NCBI GenBank assembly: GCA_013239625.1
Contig: MU054391.1
Coordinates: 1,734,711-1,798,710, forward strand
Direction of reading: 5' to 3'
Origin: Lama guanicoe
Taxonomy: Eukaryota
Length of the DNA: 64,000 bases
In this document: in pieces, positions 1 to 12,440 of the stretch
How positions within the stretch are numbered: position 1 is the first letter of the stretch
Layout: the number at the start of each line of letters is the position of its first letter
Program-made: the position numbers and the translations under genes
Notes under the pieces: generated by a model
Databases searched by the model: none
The model's input: the letters and a program-made list of their open reading frames with translations, nothing else
Told to the model about the DNA's origin: nothing

Positions 1-1369
1 CCTCCCTCACCCTCAGGCTTGGGCTCCGTGCCCGCCTCCAACCCCTGCTCCGTGAGCAGCTGGGGGTCTCACCTGGCATCCGATATTCTGTGTTTGTGCC
101 TGGTTTCTCAGAACCCAGCAGGGACCGAGTCCCACACTTCCCCAAAGGCAGGAGAGCGCTGGGGACAGGAGCTATGTGTCAGCAGCGACCTTGAATCAGC
201 GGTAAATGTCGGCTGTGAAATCCAGAGACGGGCTGAATGCCAAAGGCGCTCCTGGCACCTGCAGCTGCGACGCATCCACAAGAGCGGGCCGTGTGCTGCG
301 CTTGCTGCCCTCCAGCAGACGGAGCGCATCGTTGATTGCCGGTCTGTGAAGCCGGGAGGTCTTGTGGGGGGAGCGCTTTACCAGGAATCTCCCCCCGGCA
401 CGCACCCCCGGGGCTCGTCACCCTCTGCCTGTCTGCCTGGGGCCGCGGGAGCCGTCTCGGTGGGAGCTGAGCGGAGGACGCGTTGTTCCGCGTTCCCTCT
501 GCAGGGTCTCAGGGAGGAGCTACCCCCCAGCTCGGCAGGAGGCCCACACCTGTTCCCAACTTTTCTGGGTGGAGTCTTCTTAGTTGACAGCAGACCCTTC
601 AGGTGACGGCCTTCACTCACCCTGGTCTGCCCCGATCTGCCCATTAAAGCCTGGCCCAGACTCCTCTGCAGTGTTTGGTCTTTTGAACAAGAAGGCGTGT
701 TCCCCGGGCAGGAAGGTCGCTCCGTAGGCCACCATCCTCTGTCCAGTGGGAATCCGGTGGGGTTCATGTGCTGGGAGCCGTCCACCCAGCTCATGGCTGT
801 CTGTGCAAAGCCCTCTGTCTGGGTCTCTGCCTTCCCGTCTGAAGACGCGGTTGGGTTGGGCGGTCCCCGAGGCCGCCTCCTGCCCTGGGCACTGTCCTCA
901 CGGGACTGCCCGACGGAGCTGGAGTTTAAGTCAGCGGGTCTGCACTTCCTGTGAGGACATCATGGCTAGTGCCCAGCAGACCCTGCCGGTCACTGAGGAA
1001 ACCGTGTGAAAAGAAGCAAAACCGCGCCGAGATTCGGGCAGATGTGGCAGGAAGAGAAGCATAGACACTGAGGTCAGCCTGACATTCGTCCTGCTCAGCC
1101 CGGCTGTGCTAGCCCTCACGTCCCCACCGGGACCTCAGCACGGCCACCCCCAAGAGTTAGGGAAGGGCCACGGCGGCCTCTGAAGAAAGGGTGCAAGGCA
1201 GGTTGCCCTGACGGTGGCCCGAGGCCTTGGAACACCGCTGAGGGCAGGGTGTGCCTCCGGGACACCAGCTGTTCTCTGGGACACTCTGCCAGGGGCCGAG
1301 CAGAAACTCTGTACCGTCTGTGAGCTCAGAGCGCGTTTGTGGACAGAGGGTCCAGACAAGGGGCGTGTC

Positions 1370-1680
1370 TCAGTAGCTCATGGGACGTAACCAAATACCA
1401 CGGACGGGCGGCTGGGACCCCCGATGCTGATTGCTCACGGCTCTGGAGGCGGGGTTCCCAGGGCAGGGCGTCTACACGGTCAGGGCCTGGGGAGGACTGT
1501 CTTCCTGGGCTGCAGGTGGCTGCCTGCTCCCCATGTCCTCACCTGGTGGAGACAGGACGGCCGGCTCGGACCAGAGCATGGATCCCACCCTGGGGCCCCG
1601 CCCCCCTGATCGCCTCTAACCCCGACCACCTCCCTCCCGATGCATCACATGGAGGCTGGGGCTTCAGCCTCTGAGTTTGG
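1370..1680. mobile_element. MaLR (MLT1-like) LTR remnant
   Basis: Degenerate MLT1-type motifs (gtaaccaaatacca..., ctcacggctctggaggc..., cttcctgggctgcaggtggctgcc...ccatgtcctcac). Boundaries approximate. Confidence 0.55.
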
Positions 1681-3356
1681 GGGGCCAATTCAGCCCACAG
1701 CAGGGGGTGATGGTGGTCAGGGCTACCTGGGGGCGTGACACGCCTGCGGAGGAGCGAAGACAGGATGCGGGAGCTGGAAGGGGGAGTTCTGAGAGAAAAC
1801 AGGTTCTAATCATTGGAAGGATTGCCCCGTGGAAGGCGTATCAAACTAGCCTTGTGTCCCTCTGGCTGTAAAACCAGAGCTTCGGCTGGAGGGAGCAGGC
1901 CAGCAAGTCAACGGAGCAACAGCTCTAGTGACGGGAGCCGTCCGGGCCGGGCCAGGAGAGTACCCCGGGGGGCTGTGGGCTGTCGCTTAGAGACGGGGGA
2001 GGAGGGTGTCCCAGGCCCCTGTCCCTCCTCCAGCCATGGAGAGCCCTCCCCAGGCCCTACGAGTGGCTGCTGGCATCCGTTACCACAGGCCACGCTTGCC
2101 GGTGGTTTCAGCACCGTCTCTTTTTCTGCCGACAGGGCGAGTGCCGTTGACTGGCGGGTTGCCTGGAAACCGCTTTTCTTGCTGCCTTGTCCCTCTCACT
2201 GCTCTGCTGCTTCCCCGTTGGAGAATTAATCAGGTGCAACGGTGTCAGAACTCGACACAGAAAGGCTAGATCCCAGCCACCCGCTGGCGGGAAGGGTCCA
2301 GGGCTGTGTTGTCAGTTACGCGGTGCACGCGTGGCCCCGGGCCCCCCCCACCCAGGCTGGCTGGACATGTCCCCGGGCCTGTCCTAGGGCATTTTGACCT
2401 TGGGGCGTCCCTCCCTTTCCTGCCCTCGGGTCCCAGGGAATGGTACCCCCACCCCCAATGACGGGCCAGGAGCTTGGGTCCCACTGTCCCTCTGGCCTCA
2501 TCTCCCCAATGGCCTGTCTCTGCCCCTTCCAGGCCCTCTACCTGTGTGATCAGAGGTACAGTGACATCAACCCCAGCGGGTGGCTCTCTTCTCCCTACTC
2601 CCCATGGCTCGGCTGACGCGTCACCCCTCCTGATGCCTTTGTCCAGCCCCTCGCTGGGTTGGGGCCCCTCGCCGGGGCCTCCTCGAGCCCTGTGCCTCTC
2701 CTATTACAGTACTTGTTACACGAGTGACAGTTGTCTCCTTATCTCCCCGATTCCCCGCCGTCACTCTCGTGTCTCCGGCGTCACGCCCAGCACTCGGTAT
2801 CCGTGGCCAGGGTCCCCTCCGTCGTGGCTTGACTAGGTACCTGACCCGGGCAAGCACCCGTCTGTGCAGTGAGTCACTTCTGTGACCAAGTAAGAGGCCG
2901 ACGTGCACGTGCTTTGTGACCAGCGAATGTGCACAAGCCAGCGGCGTGCGGTGTGTCTCCACGCCAGCCGCAGCTCGCCGCAGCCTGCGCTCTGCCCTCC
3001 GCTCTCCACCTGGTCGGGGTTAGGGAGTGTCACAGAGGCGGATTCGCTGGCTGGAGGTGCTCTGCTCCCAGGAGCCCTGGCTGAGATGAGGACACGGGTG
3101 GACCGTGTGGCCTCCTCTGTGGAGTGTGGCCGTAGGGGACGCGCGTCTTCCTTTGGAAAAACATCAGCAGGTGACATGTGAAGAGCCTCCTGCCATACAT
3201 GACGTTGAGGAGATGGAGAGCCGTCCTGGGTTCAGCCTCTCACGCGTGCGTGTGTGTACGTGCGTGTGCGTGTGCGTGCGTGTTCACGTGAGATGGCAAG
3301 CAGGTGTCCTGGGTTGCCTGTACCTCGACCAACTCTGATCTCATTGTTTTCTACAG

Positions 3357-3428
3357 GAGACGTGGGTGACAAAGGACAGAAAGGCGTTGTGGGCCGCCAT
3401 GGAAAAATTGGTCCCATTGGTTCTAAAG
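3357..3428 (+). CDS. COLEC11: Collectin-11 internal exon (72 bp, collagen Gly-X-Y): (G)[23 protein letters not shown](G)
   Basis: ctacag acceptor, gtattt donor, phase 1/1. Gly-X-Y peptide matches the collectin-11 collagen region. Earlier exons lie outside the window. Confidence 0.96.
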
Positions 3429-4340
3429 GTATTTCTGACGTGCCTCTGGCCCCCGTCCCCTCCCAGTGCTCACGCCTGGGCCCTCGGAGAGTGACGGGCT
3501 GGTGGCCGTGTTTATTTGTGTGCTTTGTACGTGGTCAGGTCTGTCCCAGTGTGTGTGTGGGGTGCGATCAGAGTTGACTGTGTGTCACTGGGCTGGGGTA
3601 GTGCTCTGGTCCCCAGGGTCCACATGCCGCCTGGGGGGGATCGCGAACCCCATCTGAGCCATGGCAGGACCGTGTTCCCGAAACACCGTCCACCTCCCGC
3701 TAGGGCGGCTCAGGCTTTCGTGGCTGCGGGCTGGCTGCCCGTGAGCATGAGGTGCAGGAGGACCGCAGCAGCAGGAAGCGGCACGGGCGCCCTCCGACCT
3801 CGGTGCCCCCCGCCCCGCGCAGCCCCGGGGGCAGGCTGCTCAGGAGCCAGGCCCAGGGCAGCTAGGGGGTCGCTCCACCTGCCCCGCTCTCCCGCCCCCA
3901 CCCTCACTCAGCGGGCAGACGTTTTTAGAGCCCTTGGCTTACCTGGCGTCCGTGCTGGGCCGCAGGGGGCATGGGGTTGGGGAGGCCAGGGGCCGCCAGC
4001 CCTGTGGACGGCTCCCCGAGGGTCCTGTCGTGGGTGCAGAGCCCGGAGACCCAGGCTGGGGAGGGCCCGGGGCACCAGAGCTGCTTCGAGCCGGGGACAG
4101 GAGGGAGTCTGGCGGTGGTGCCCACGTTCCCCGGGCATTGAGCTGTGAGTGGGCCACGTGGTCTGCTCTGATTGCGGGGCGAGAACCTCACGGGTCTCTC
4201 GTCCTGCCAAACCTGTGGGAAGCATTTGCTCACGGATTCGTTAAAAAGCACACAGATACGCATGGTGCAGAGAGGGGTGTGTTTGCTTTGAAAAAACTTT
4301 AAAAACTGTGTTAAAACATTTGTGACATTAAAATATGTCA

Positions 4341-4508
4341 TTTTAACTTTTTTTATTTTTAGTTTTTAAAAAATTAATTTTTAACTATTTTTATTTTTAA
4401 TTTAAACTTAAAAAATTTAAAAAAATCTTTAAAAATTTTTAAATGAGTGAACTCAGGACCTCGTGCAGCTAAGCATGTGCTCTACCACCGAGCTGTGCCC
4501 CGCCCCCC
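4341..4508 (-). mobile_element. tRNA-Ala-derived SINE (camelid vic-1-like)
   Basis: Reverse complement reads GGGG...AGCTCGGTGGTAGAGCACATGCTTAGC...GAGGTCCTGAGTTCA followed by an A-rich tail. Confidence 0.75.
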
Positions 4509-4509
4509 A

Positions 4510-4930
4510 TTTTACCTGTTAAGTGTACAATTTAGTGACGTTAAGCTCGTTTGCAGTGTCGTGCAGCCATCACCGCTATGTAATGGCCCCAAAGAGAGAC
4601 GGTGCTTGTGAAGCAGTGACTGCCTGCCCGCTCCAGCCCCTGGCAACCTCGAATCTGCTTTCTGTCTCTATGAATTTGCCTACTTAGGTATTTCATATAA
4701 ATGGAATTGTGCAACATTTGTCCGTTTGTGTCATTTCCTTTAGTATGCTGTTTGCATTATGCGATGTGGTTGCACGTGTCCAAGTTTCCTTCCTTCACAA
4801 GGCCGAGTGATAGTCTATTGCCTGAGTGGACCATGTTTTATTCATCTGTCCACCTGCTGATGGCCATCTGGAGTCCTTCCCCGTTTCAGCTACAGTGAAG
4901 GATGCAGTCGACATCCGTGTACAAGCAGGG
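4510..4930 (-). mobile_element. Old L1 (L1M-type) 3' UTR fragment
   Basis: aagtgtacaatttagtg...cagcccctggcaacc...aatctgctttctgtctctatgaatttgcc...atttcatataaatggaat, typical of antisense L1M 3' ends. Confidence 0.75.
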
Positions 4931-5812
4931 ACGTGTGTGCTGTTAATATCCAGCACGGGCTCAGGATAAATGTCAGGGTCTCTCCAGGGGACCCCTTGCC
5001 AAGGAGACCCTCCATGGGTTGTGTATGCGACCCGCTCCGTCTCCGACACTGAACCTCAAGTCGTCTTCAAGCTCCTGATGTGGATAAAAGAAAGCAAAGG
5101 GGTCGTTTGGATGGAGACCACTGAGCTTGCTCCCACTCGGTCAGATGAACACGCATCTCCAAGGACGGAGAAGCCGCTGCCCCTCCGCTGTCCCGGGCCA
5201 GCTGAGACGCTTAGGCCCTCTGTGGGAGAAGAAAGACAGCGCATTAGGGACACTCCTGTGATTTCGAAGTAAATACTCGTTGTCTGATTGCAGAGCAGCT
5301 GGAGAGCGCTATCACCAAGAGTTTCCTCTACCTCTTACTGTATAACTGGGGAGAAGAGGGATGGCAGGGTGGCTATGTGGCATGTCCTGTCCAGTGGGTC
5401 TCCCAGTGGCTGTGCCCCCGTGACGCCACGCTGCCTCTCAGAGAGGGACCAGGAGGCCGTGATCTCCGCATGCCCGGGCGTGCTCCTGAGCCTGGATGAG
5501 AGCGTCGCCAGGGCCCACCCAGCGCGCACTTCACGTGCTCTGCCCGAATGCTCCTGCTCTCGCCAGGGACCCGGAGAGAACCGGCACTGGGCGCTGAGGC
5601 TGCAGGCTGTCCTGTGAAGTCCGGTGACATGTACACGTTCCAGGCCACGTGAACAGGGCCTGAGGAATTAATCCCCCGCAGAACAGAAGGAGGGTCTGGG
5701 AGGAGTCCAGGGCACAGCACGGAGGAGAAACAACACGCTACTCTGGATGTTCTGAACTTGTGAAGCACATCCCACCCTGCTTGGTGACCTTGGCCTTGCT
5801 TCTCTTTTTCAG

Positions 5813-5866
5813 GTGAAAAGGGAGATTCTGGTGACATAGGACCCCCTGGCCCCAGTGGAGAACCAG
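5813..5866 (+). CDS. COLEC11: Collectin-11 internal exon (54 bp, collagen): (G)EKGDSGDIGPPGPSGEP(G)
   Basis: tctctttttcag acceptor, gtatgg donor, phase 1/1, Gly-X-Y peptide. Confidence 0.96.
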
Positions 5867-7695
5867 GTATGGCACAAAAATCTGGTGATTTTTAAAAAAA
5901 ATGTATTAAAACTGCACATTTAAAAGTATAAATCATGAACTAAAACGGTGACAGGCTGGAAAACAGCTCAGGAGACTGACGAGCCCTCCTGTCCCGCACA
6001 CGCTCTCGTGGACCATCCCCTGGTATTTCTGCGTTCTGTTTGAGGCTGTGGTCTGCTTGCCGACTCCGTGCTGTCGTATCTCGTCGTAGTTCTGCTCGGA
6101 TCACCGTCCTAAAGCGCTCTCCTCCTCCCCTAACCCGTCCCTAGGAGCCTCAGCGTCTCCCCCTTCCTCTGAGCCCCAGCGTCTCTGAGAAGCACCTCCA
6201 CACTTTCCTTTTTCCCTCATTCTGGACGTCCTTGCAAGGACTCCCCATGACCCTCTGCTGAGCTCCCCCAGAGGTCAGCGGGGACCCCCGCCCGGCTCAG
6301 CAGACTTCACCGACTTCCCTGCTGGCCATCCCCACCTATGCCCGTGTGGCCCAGCTGTGGGCAGACCCACCCATCCTCCCTGCCTGCCGCCCCGCCCCCC
6401 ACTTTCTCTCCTCCTCTGTGGAGCCCTGTCTGCTGCCCTTTTCTGTCTCCACGTGGCCGGACTGCTCCCTGCATCTCTGGGGTTTGGCCCCACAGTTCAG
6501 ACCCACCAGCCACTCAACCCCTCTCCTCGCCAGGTTCGTGTTGTCCACATGTGGCCTCTCCCACTGCCCGCCAGGCTGTCCCCCAGACTGTCCTGCACGT
6601 CTGTCTGGTTTCCTGTTCCTGCCACCTTGTCACTCAGGCTCTCACGGCCCCAGCCCAGTTACTGAAACACCATCCTGACTGGTCTGCGCCCCCTAGTCCT
6701 CTTTCCCGCCACGTGTTGGCCACAGGAGCCACTTCGCAGGCCTAGACTGAAGTGCAGGACACGGAGTCCGAGTCTCTGGGTGGGCCCTGGCTGCGGGAGC
6801 TGAGGGGGCCTGTCAGGGTCACACCGGATCCATCTCTCCAGGAAGCGTCAACACCTCAGACCTCAGTGAACTCAAAGATAGCACATGCCTTAGAAAGTTC
6901 ACCTTCCAGAGAGTTCCACTAAAGACAAACAAATCCACCAGCATCGTTGCAGGTGCCCACGTGCGGAAAGGACCGAGAGTGGGGGTAGGGGTGTCTGGGC
7001 TCTGGGTGAGGGAGGAGGGGTGGGAGTTCGGAAGATGAGGTCGAACACTGAAGGGTAGGTTCAGACTGGAAACATGGGCTGAGAACCCCGCGCAATGGAA
7101 TCTCTCAGGGAAAGGGGCAGCCAGAGCAGAGGTGGGCGGGAGCGGTGGCTCCACTCCAGGTCTGCTGGAGAAACGAGCTGGCAGTGTCCCCACAGGCGAT
7201 GGGCCCCCCAAACGCTGTGGTGGCCGAGTGACGTTCTGAGAAGTCTCCTGACCTTGCGGAGATCTTTACAGGAGGAAGATCAGGGTCCACTCCAGGGGGC
7301 CGGGAGCAGACAGCTAACCAGAGGCCTCATGACTTGACGTCACCCAACGGTTCCACCCCCACCATTTTCTCAAATGGCGCGAATTCTCTGCTCCCCAGTG
7401 TCACTGCATGGACACTCCTCCCTTGGTGATGGTCACCCCCCACCCCCTCTTGCCTTTCCAACCTTCCTACTTTCTTCCCACAGCAGCCAGAGAGATTTTC
7501 AAAGGTGACTCTGACCTTGGGGGATTCCCCTGTTAACCCCTTCCATGCCTTCTCCCTGCCGTCAGGAAAAGCCCCTGGTCTCCCCCACAGCCTCGGAGGC
7601 CCGCGCAGCCCGCACTTTGGGGAGGGCTGCCTCCTCCTTTTCTGAGCCCGCCCCCTTGGCTAATCTCCGTAACACGGCAGCCCTGGTCCCCACAG

Positions 7696-7791
7696 GCATC
7701 CCGTGTGAGTGCAGCCAGCTGAGGAAGGCCATCGGGGAGATGGACAACCAGGTCACCCAGCTGACGGCAGAGTTAAAGTTCATCAAGAACG
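7696..7791 (+). CDS. COLEC11: Collectin-11 neck / coiled-coil exon (96 bp): (G)[31 protein letters not shown](A)
   Basis: cccacag acceptor, gtacgt donor. [16 protein letters not shown] is the collectin-11 neck. Confidence 0.97.
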
Positions 7792-7849
7792 GTACGTTCT
7801 CCGTGCCTCCCTGTCCCCATGCCCCCGAAGGCACAGGGGCGCGGGTTTG

Positions 7850-8645
7850 CTACAGAGACGCGGGCGCTCACCCCCGCCCCGCCTGCCCCGCAGCTGTTGC
7901 CGGCGTGCGCGAGACGGATCAGAAGATCTACCTGCTGGTGAAGGAGGAGAAGCGCTACGTGGACGCGCAGCTGGCCTGCCAGGGCCGCGGCGGCACCCTG
8001 GGCATGCCCAAGGACGAGGCCGCCAACGGCCTGCTGGCCGCCTACATCGCGCAGGCCGGCCTGGCGCGCGTCTTCATCGGCATCAACGACCTGGAGCGGG
8101 AGGGCACCTTCGTGTACGCGGACCGCTCGCCCATGCAGACCTTCAACAAGTGGCGCAGCGGGGAGCCCAACAACGCCTACGACGAGGAGGACTGCGTGGA
8201 GATGGTGGCGTCCGGGGGCTGGAACGACGTGGCCTGCCACCTCACCATGCACTTCCTGTGCGAGTTCGACAAGGAGCACGTGTAGCCGAGGCCCTGCCTC
8301 TGCAGCGCTGGCAGGTGGCAGCCCCCCGCCCCGCAGGCGGCGGCGCCAGCCGTCCTCGCGGTCGGGGGAGGGGCTTCCCGCCGCCACTGTCCCCCCGCAG
8401 GGGTGCGGGTTTCCCAGTACAGGCTCCTTTTCTGAACCTTAGAGAACGGCGCAGGCTTAGGTGAAAAAAACAGTGTTTGTGGGTGTTATTTCTGAAGACC
8501 TGAAGTTTTATTACTCGTACTGACGCCCAGATGTCCGTTATGTAAGCGTCACTCAGCCCTGCCCGCGGCCGCGTCCCAGGCGGGAAGCGGCGCCTCCGCC
8601 CTTCGCCCCACAGAAGCGCAGACGCGCGGCGGGCTCTTACGCTAC
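7850..8645. other. CpG island-like segment over the COLEC11 last exon and 3' UTR
   Basis: Very high GC and CpG density by inspection. Confidence 0.7.
7894..8285 (+). CDS. COLEC11: Collectin-11 last coding exon, C-type lectin domain (EPN/WND), ending ...CEFDKEHV*
   Basis: ccccgcag acceptor. [25 protein letters not shown] and WNDVAC motifs. TAG at 8283-8285. Confidence 0.98.
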
Positions 8646-10046
8646 TTTCCTCCTTTTCATTTCCGTATGGAAAAGAGTCCTTTTAACTTCGGCCAATGTT
8701 TCTTTAAATTATATTAAGTCACACATTCCTTTTCACTGTTAACCAACTAGAAACAATTTTGCTTTGCCGCAAACCCGGAGTTCAGGGAAAAAAATCCTCT
8801 GCATTTGACAACTGAATGTGTGGTGTTATTTTTCGCTCTCAGTTTCTTTACTAGCTGTATTGTTACCTATTTCTGTATCACAGTCACCCGAAAACAGCAG
8901 CTGGGGACAAAAGCGTCAGCGCCCTCACCGTCAGGGCTCCCCCCAGGGCGCGGTGGGGCACCGTCTCACCACCCACAACCGACTGGGAGGTGGCGGGTGG
9001 GATTCAGCTCCTCGTGGGTTCCTTGCTGGGCACCTCTGCCCTGGGCAGCAACCCACGCAACCACTGGCTGCCTCCGGGCAGCATGGGAGGGCCGGAGCCA
9101 GAGTGTGAGCCCACCCCTGTAAGTGACATCACCACCGTCTGCATTCTGGCCTTAGGAGCCAGTCACCAGGTCCAACCTGCACTCGGGGACGGGTTTCCTG
9201 GAGGCGGGACCACCGGGGGCCATTCCAGAGCTGCCGGCCACAGTCACCATGGTTCTTTTTGTGCATCAGAATCCCTAGTAAAAAAGAATGCACGTGTTCA
9301 TTTTCCAAAGGAAACACGCAGACTTGCACACACAAAGGAAGACAGCTGGGGTTGGGGCGATAAGGGGCAGTGGGGAGACAGCCGTCCAGGGCCTCCCGTG
9401 TGTCTGTGCGTCTTGGGAGCCAGGCCCTGGCTGCCCGCTGTTGTGGACTCCGTCTGTGGGATGTTTGTATAGTGACTGCCCTGGAGGGAAGGCCTGGAGA
9501 GCTGGCGGCTTTCTCCCAAGGGGACTGGTCCTCTTCACGTGCCCTGAGGACCGAGCTCAGGACAGGCTGCTGTTGCTGTGGGAACCACAGGGGCCAAAGC
9601 AGCAGGCCCTGGTCTGGTTCCCGTGGGAGCCCCACGGCCCCCGCAGGCCAGCGGGGCAGTCGGGCATCCCCGCCCATGCGAACGGTCCTGAGGGGCCCAG
9701 CTGCCCGCCCTGCACAGGACACGCCCCCCTCTTGCCTGGGGCAGATTTGGTCCCAAGAGGGCCTGTACAGGTGAGCTGATCTCATGGTGGCTGCGGTCGG
9801 GAGGGGCCTGGGAGGGGCCTGGGAGGAGGTCCTGAAGCCTGAGCTTCCCTGGTGCCCCTGCGACTGCCCTCAGTCAGCTGGACGGGGCAGCCTGGGTTTG
9901 GGGTGGGCTCCTCCCGGGCTCAGTGCAGCCCAGGGCCAGCCCGCGCCTCGCTGGGTCTCTGCTCCTCACTGGCAGGTGAGGAGGCGGGATGGAAGCATCT
10001 CTGTTCTCTCGACTCTCAGGCTAGACCAAAGGGCGCTGATCTGCAT

Positions 10047-10124
10047 CCCTTCTGCCCCCACCCCTCCTGTCCCCACCCCTCCTGCCCCCACCTTCTCCTG
10101 CTCCCGCCCCCTCCTGCCCCACCT
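10047..10124. repeat. ~15-bp C-rich tandem repeat (ccctcctgccccca, ~5 copies); G4-forming potential on - strand
   Basis: Directly visible imperfect tandem units. Confidence 0.75.
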
Positions 10125-10629
10125 CCACTCAGCTCCCTTCAGAGACTCTGTGCTCACACTGAGCGCAGGAAAGACACGCCTGCCTTTGTCTGTGCTGGGC
10201 CACACACCTCTGCAGGTCCCGACGGTTTCCAAGAGAATTTGACAGGGTGTGAGCGACTGGCATGAAGCCAGCAGCTCTGCGGCTAATTTAGCCCCGGCTC
10301 CTCCAGACGGGGCCTGAGGTGGAGGCTGCGGCATCTGATCCGCGGAGCAGCGGGAGACAGTCTGTGGAGGGGAGAGCCAGGATTTATTAGGTGCCGCAGC
10401 GAGGCGTGACCGAAAAGCTGGTGTACGTGTTCTTTTCAGAGCCCTCCGTGGAGCGTGAGATGGATGGGCACCGAGAGACAGCCCGGGGCTGCCCGGCGGG
10501 CAAGCGCGCACCTGTGTGTCCACACTGCCACCCAGCGGCCGCAGGAGGACGCGCGTCTGCGACAAGATGCTGTGGGCGCGGGGAGGGGTCCGAGGCCGCT
10601 AGTGTGCCGGCTGCACAGAGGCCGGGGTT

Positions 10630-10631
<2 letters not shown>

Positions 10632-10664
<33 letters not shown>
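10632..10664. repeat. (TG)n microsatellite
   Basis: About 16 perfect TG units. Confidence 0.97.
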
Positions 10665-10666
<2 letters not shown>

Positions 10667-12199
10667 CAGAGACAGAGAGAGAGGGACCGAGGAGTGGGGA
10701 TCAGTTAGACCCCGAGGAGGGAGCGAGACGCACAAAGACACAGGGCAGCAGGGAGGGAGGACGGCCCGCCCAGACCCGGGGCTTCGGGAAACGCCCAGCC
10801 CTGCTCCGCGTGGTTTCTCATCCAGGTCTGCGTGTGTCCCCAGGGGGCCGCAACCGTGGAGGCCCGACAAACACCGACTAGCCAGGAGGAGCACCGTGCG
10901 CCCTGACGGCCGGGAGAGACGCTCCAGCAAAGGGCTGCCGCTTGACCTCGGTCCCAGCGGCCCTGCCGCCCTGGGCACCCTGCGGGGTGTCAGTGGGGCT
11001 GCGGCGAGAACCGCAGGAGGTAGCCAGGCTAGTGACAGGCGTCATTCGGCTCTCCCCAGGGCAGCCTCTGTCTGGACATTCCCGCCTCACCTAGACCTGA
11101 AAGATGGCCCTCACATCAGCCCATGTGGGACGGCCACCTCTGCTGACTGTTTGGACAGTGCGCCCACCTGCCTCCTTGGGGGTGGGAGGCAGCTGAGGGC
11201 TCGGGGGTGTCACCAGGCATAACCTGGTTTAATTCAGCAGATCAGGACCGAGGACAGAGGGTGATTCTTAGCTGTAATCAAGAACATCTGTCTGGCTAAT
11301 TTAAGCAGACAGGGAATTTGTTGAAAGCTTTTGGGGAGTTCACAGGAATTTTGGAAAGACTAGAGAATGTCTGGGGCACTACACGGAAGGAACGAGGCCC
11401 ATACATCATGCTGAACGCGGGTCCGCGGGGTCCCTCTGCCGGCTGCAGGCAGGGGTAGCCGTCCCTGCCGTGCACGACCTCCACACTCAGCATCAGGGGC
11501 GAGTCTGTCTGGGCACCTAGGTTTCCAGGGCCACCCTGTGTGTCTGCACAGGTTGCGCACTGCACGAATACAGAGGCACCCCTCAGAGAACATTCTGCCC
11601 ATGGTGGCTTTGAACGTGTCTGTGCCCTACGTGTAAAGGAAGCTGGGGAAGCACACGGTTTGCATCACCGATGGTGGGAGGGAAAGTCTGCTTTACAAGA
11701 TGGGGTTATCCCAAATGGAGTGTATCAGGTAGCTTAACAAACCACCCCCAAACTTAGGGACTTTATACAATAACCCCATTACTGTGGTTCTAGGGATCGG
11801 CAACTGGGTGGTTCTCCTGGTCGCTGTGGGGGAGGAGGCGCCCACCCAGGGAAGCCAGCACCTCTCACTAATGCTGGTGACATCTCCTCTCTCGTCACCT
11901 GGGAAAGCTGGGGATGTGGATGGTGGCACCAAACTTACCCTGCAGATGCCTCTGTCTGGCCCCGCCCTTCCCACCGGAAACCCTCTGTATCTGGTCAGGG
12001 CTCAGATGGGAGCATGGACGCCCCGTCCAGAGCACCAGGAGTGGCCTCGTCTCGGGCTCGGGGCTGCGGCCCTGGGGCAGCCCTCCCCCCACTGCCTGCT
12101 CCTGTGTCCTCACCCCACCAGGCTGTCCAGCAGAGCGTCCCGCCGTGACGGAAGGGCTCTGATTCTGTTGGAGAATCTTCAAATTTAGCTAGTGAGACA

Positions 12200-12440
12200 G
12201 AGGGTCTGCATTTTAAATTTTGTTTAACTTAACTTCATTTAAAGTTAAATTTAATTTAAAATAAAGATGACTGCTGTATTGGACAGTGCAGTTGGTAGAA
12301 CGTTATTCTCAAAGTGTGGTCCGCAGGCCAGCGCACCAGCCTCCCTTGGCACTGGGAGAAATCTAGCCTCTCAGATCCAGTCAGAATCCGCGTTTAACAA
12401 GCCTGCAGCGATTTGATGCACATCAGGCCTTCGGCGCAGA
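12200..12440. mobile_element. hAT-Charlie DNA transposon remnants (MER3/MER33-like end, then MER5A-like)
   Basis: ...gtattggacagtgcag and ttctcaaagtgtggtcc...cagaatccgcgtttaacaag resemble recalled MER3 and MER5 consensus pieces. Confidence 0.55.

Noticed and set aside
3354..3359. NAGNAG tandem acceptor (CAGGAG), also at 36455-36460
   Set aside because: Distal GAG acceptors are rarely used, and in COLEC11 the shift would break the Gly-X-Y register.
7709..8464. 251-aa alternate-frame ORF and 204-aa antisense ORF (7773-8387) over COLEC11
   Set aside because: Expected shadows of a coding exon with very high third-position GC. Low-complexity R/G/A peptides with no recognisable domain.
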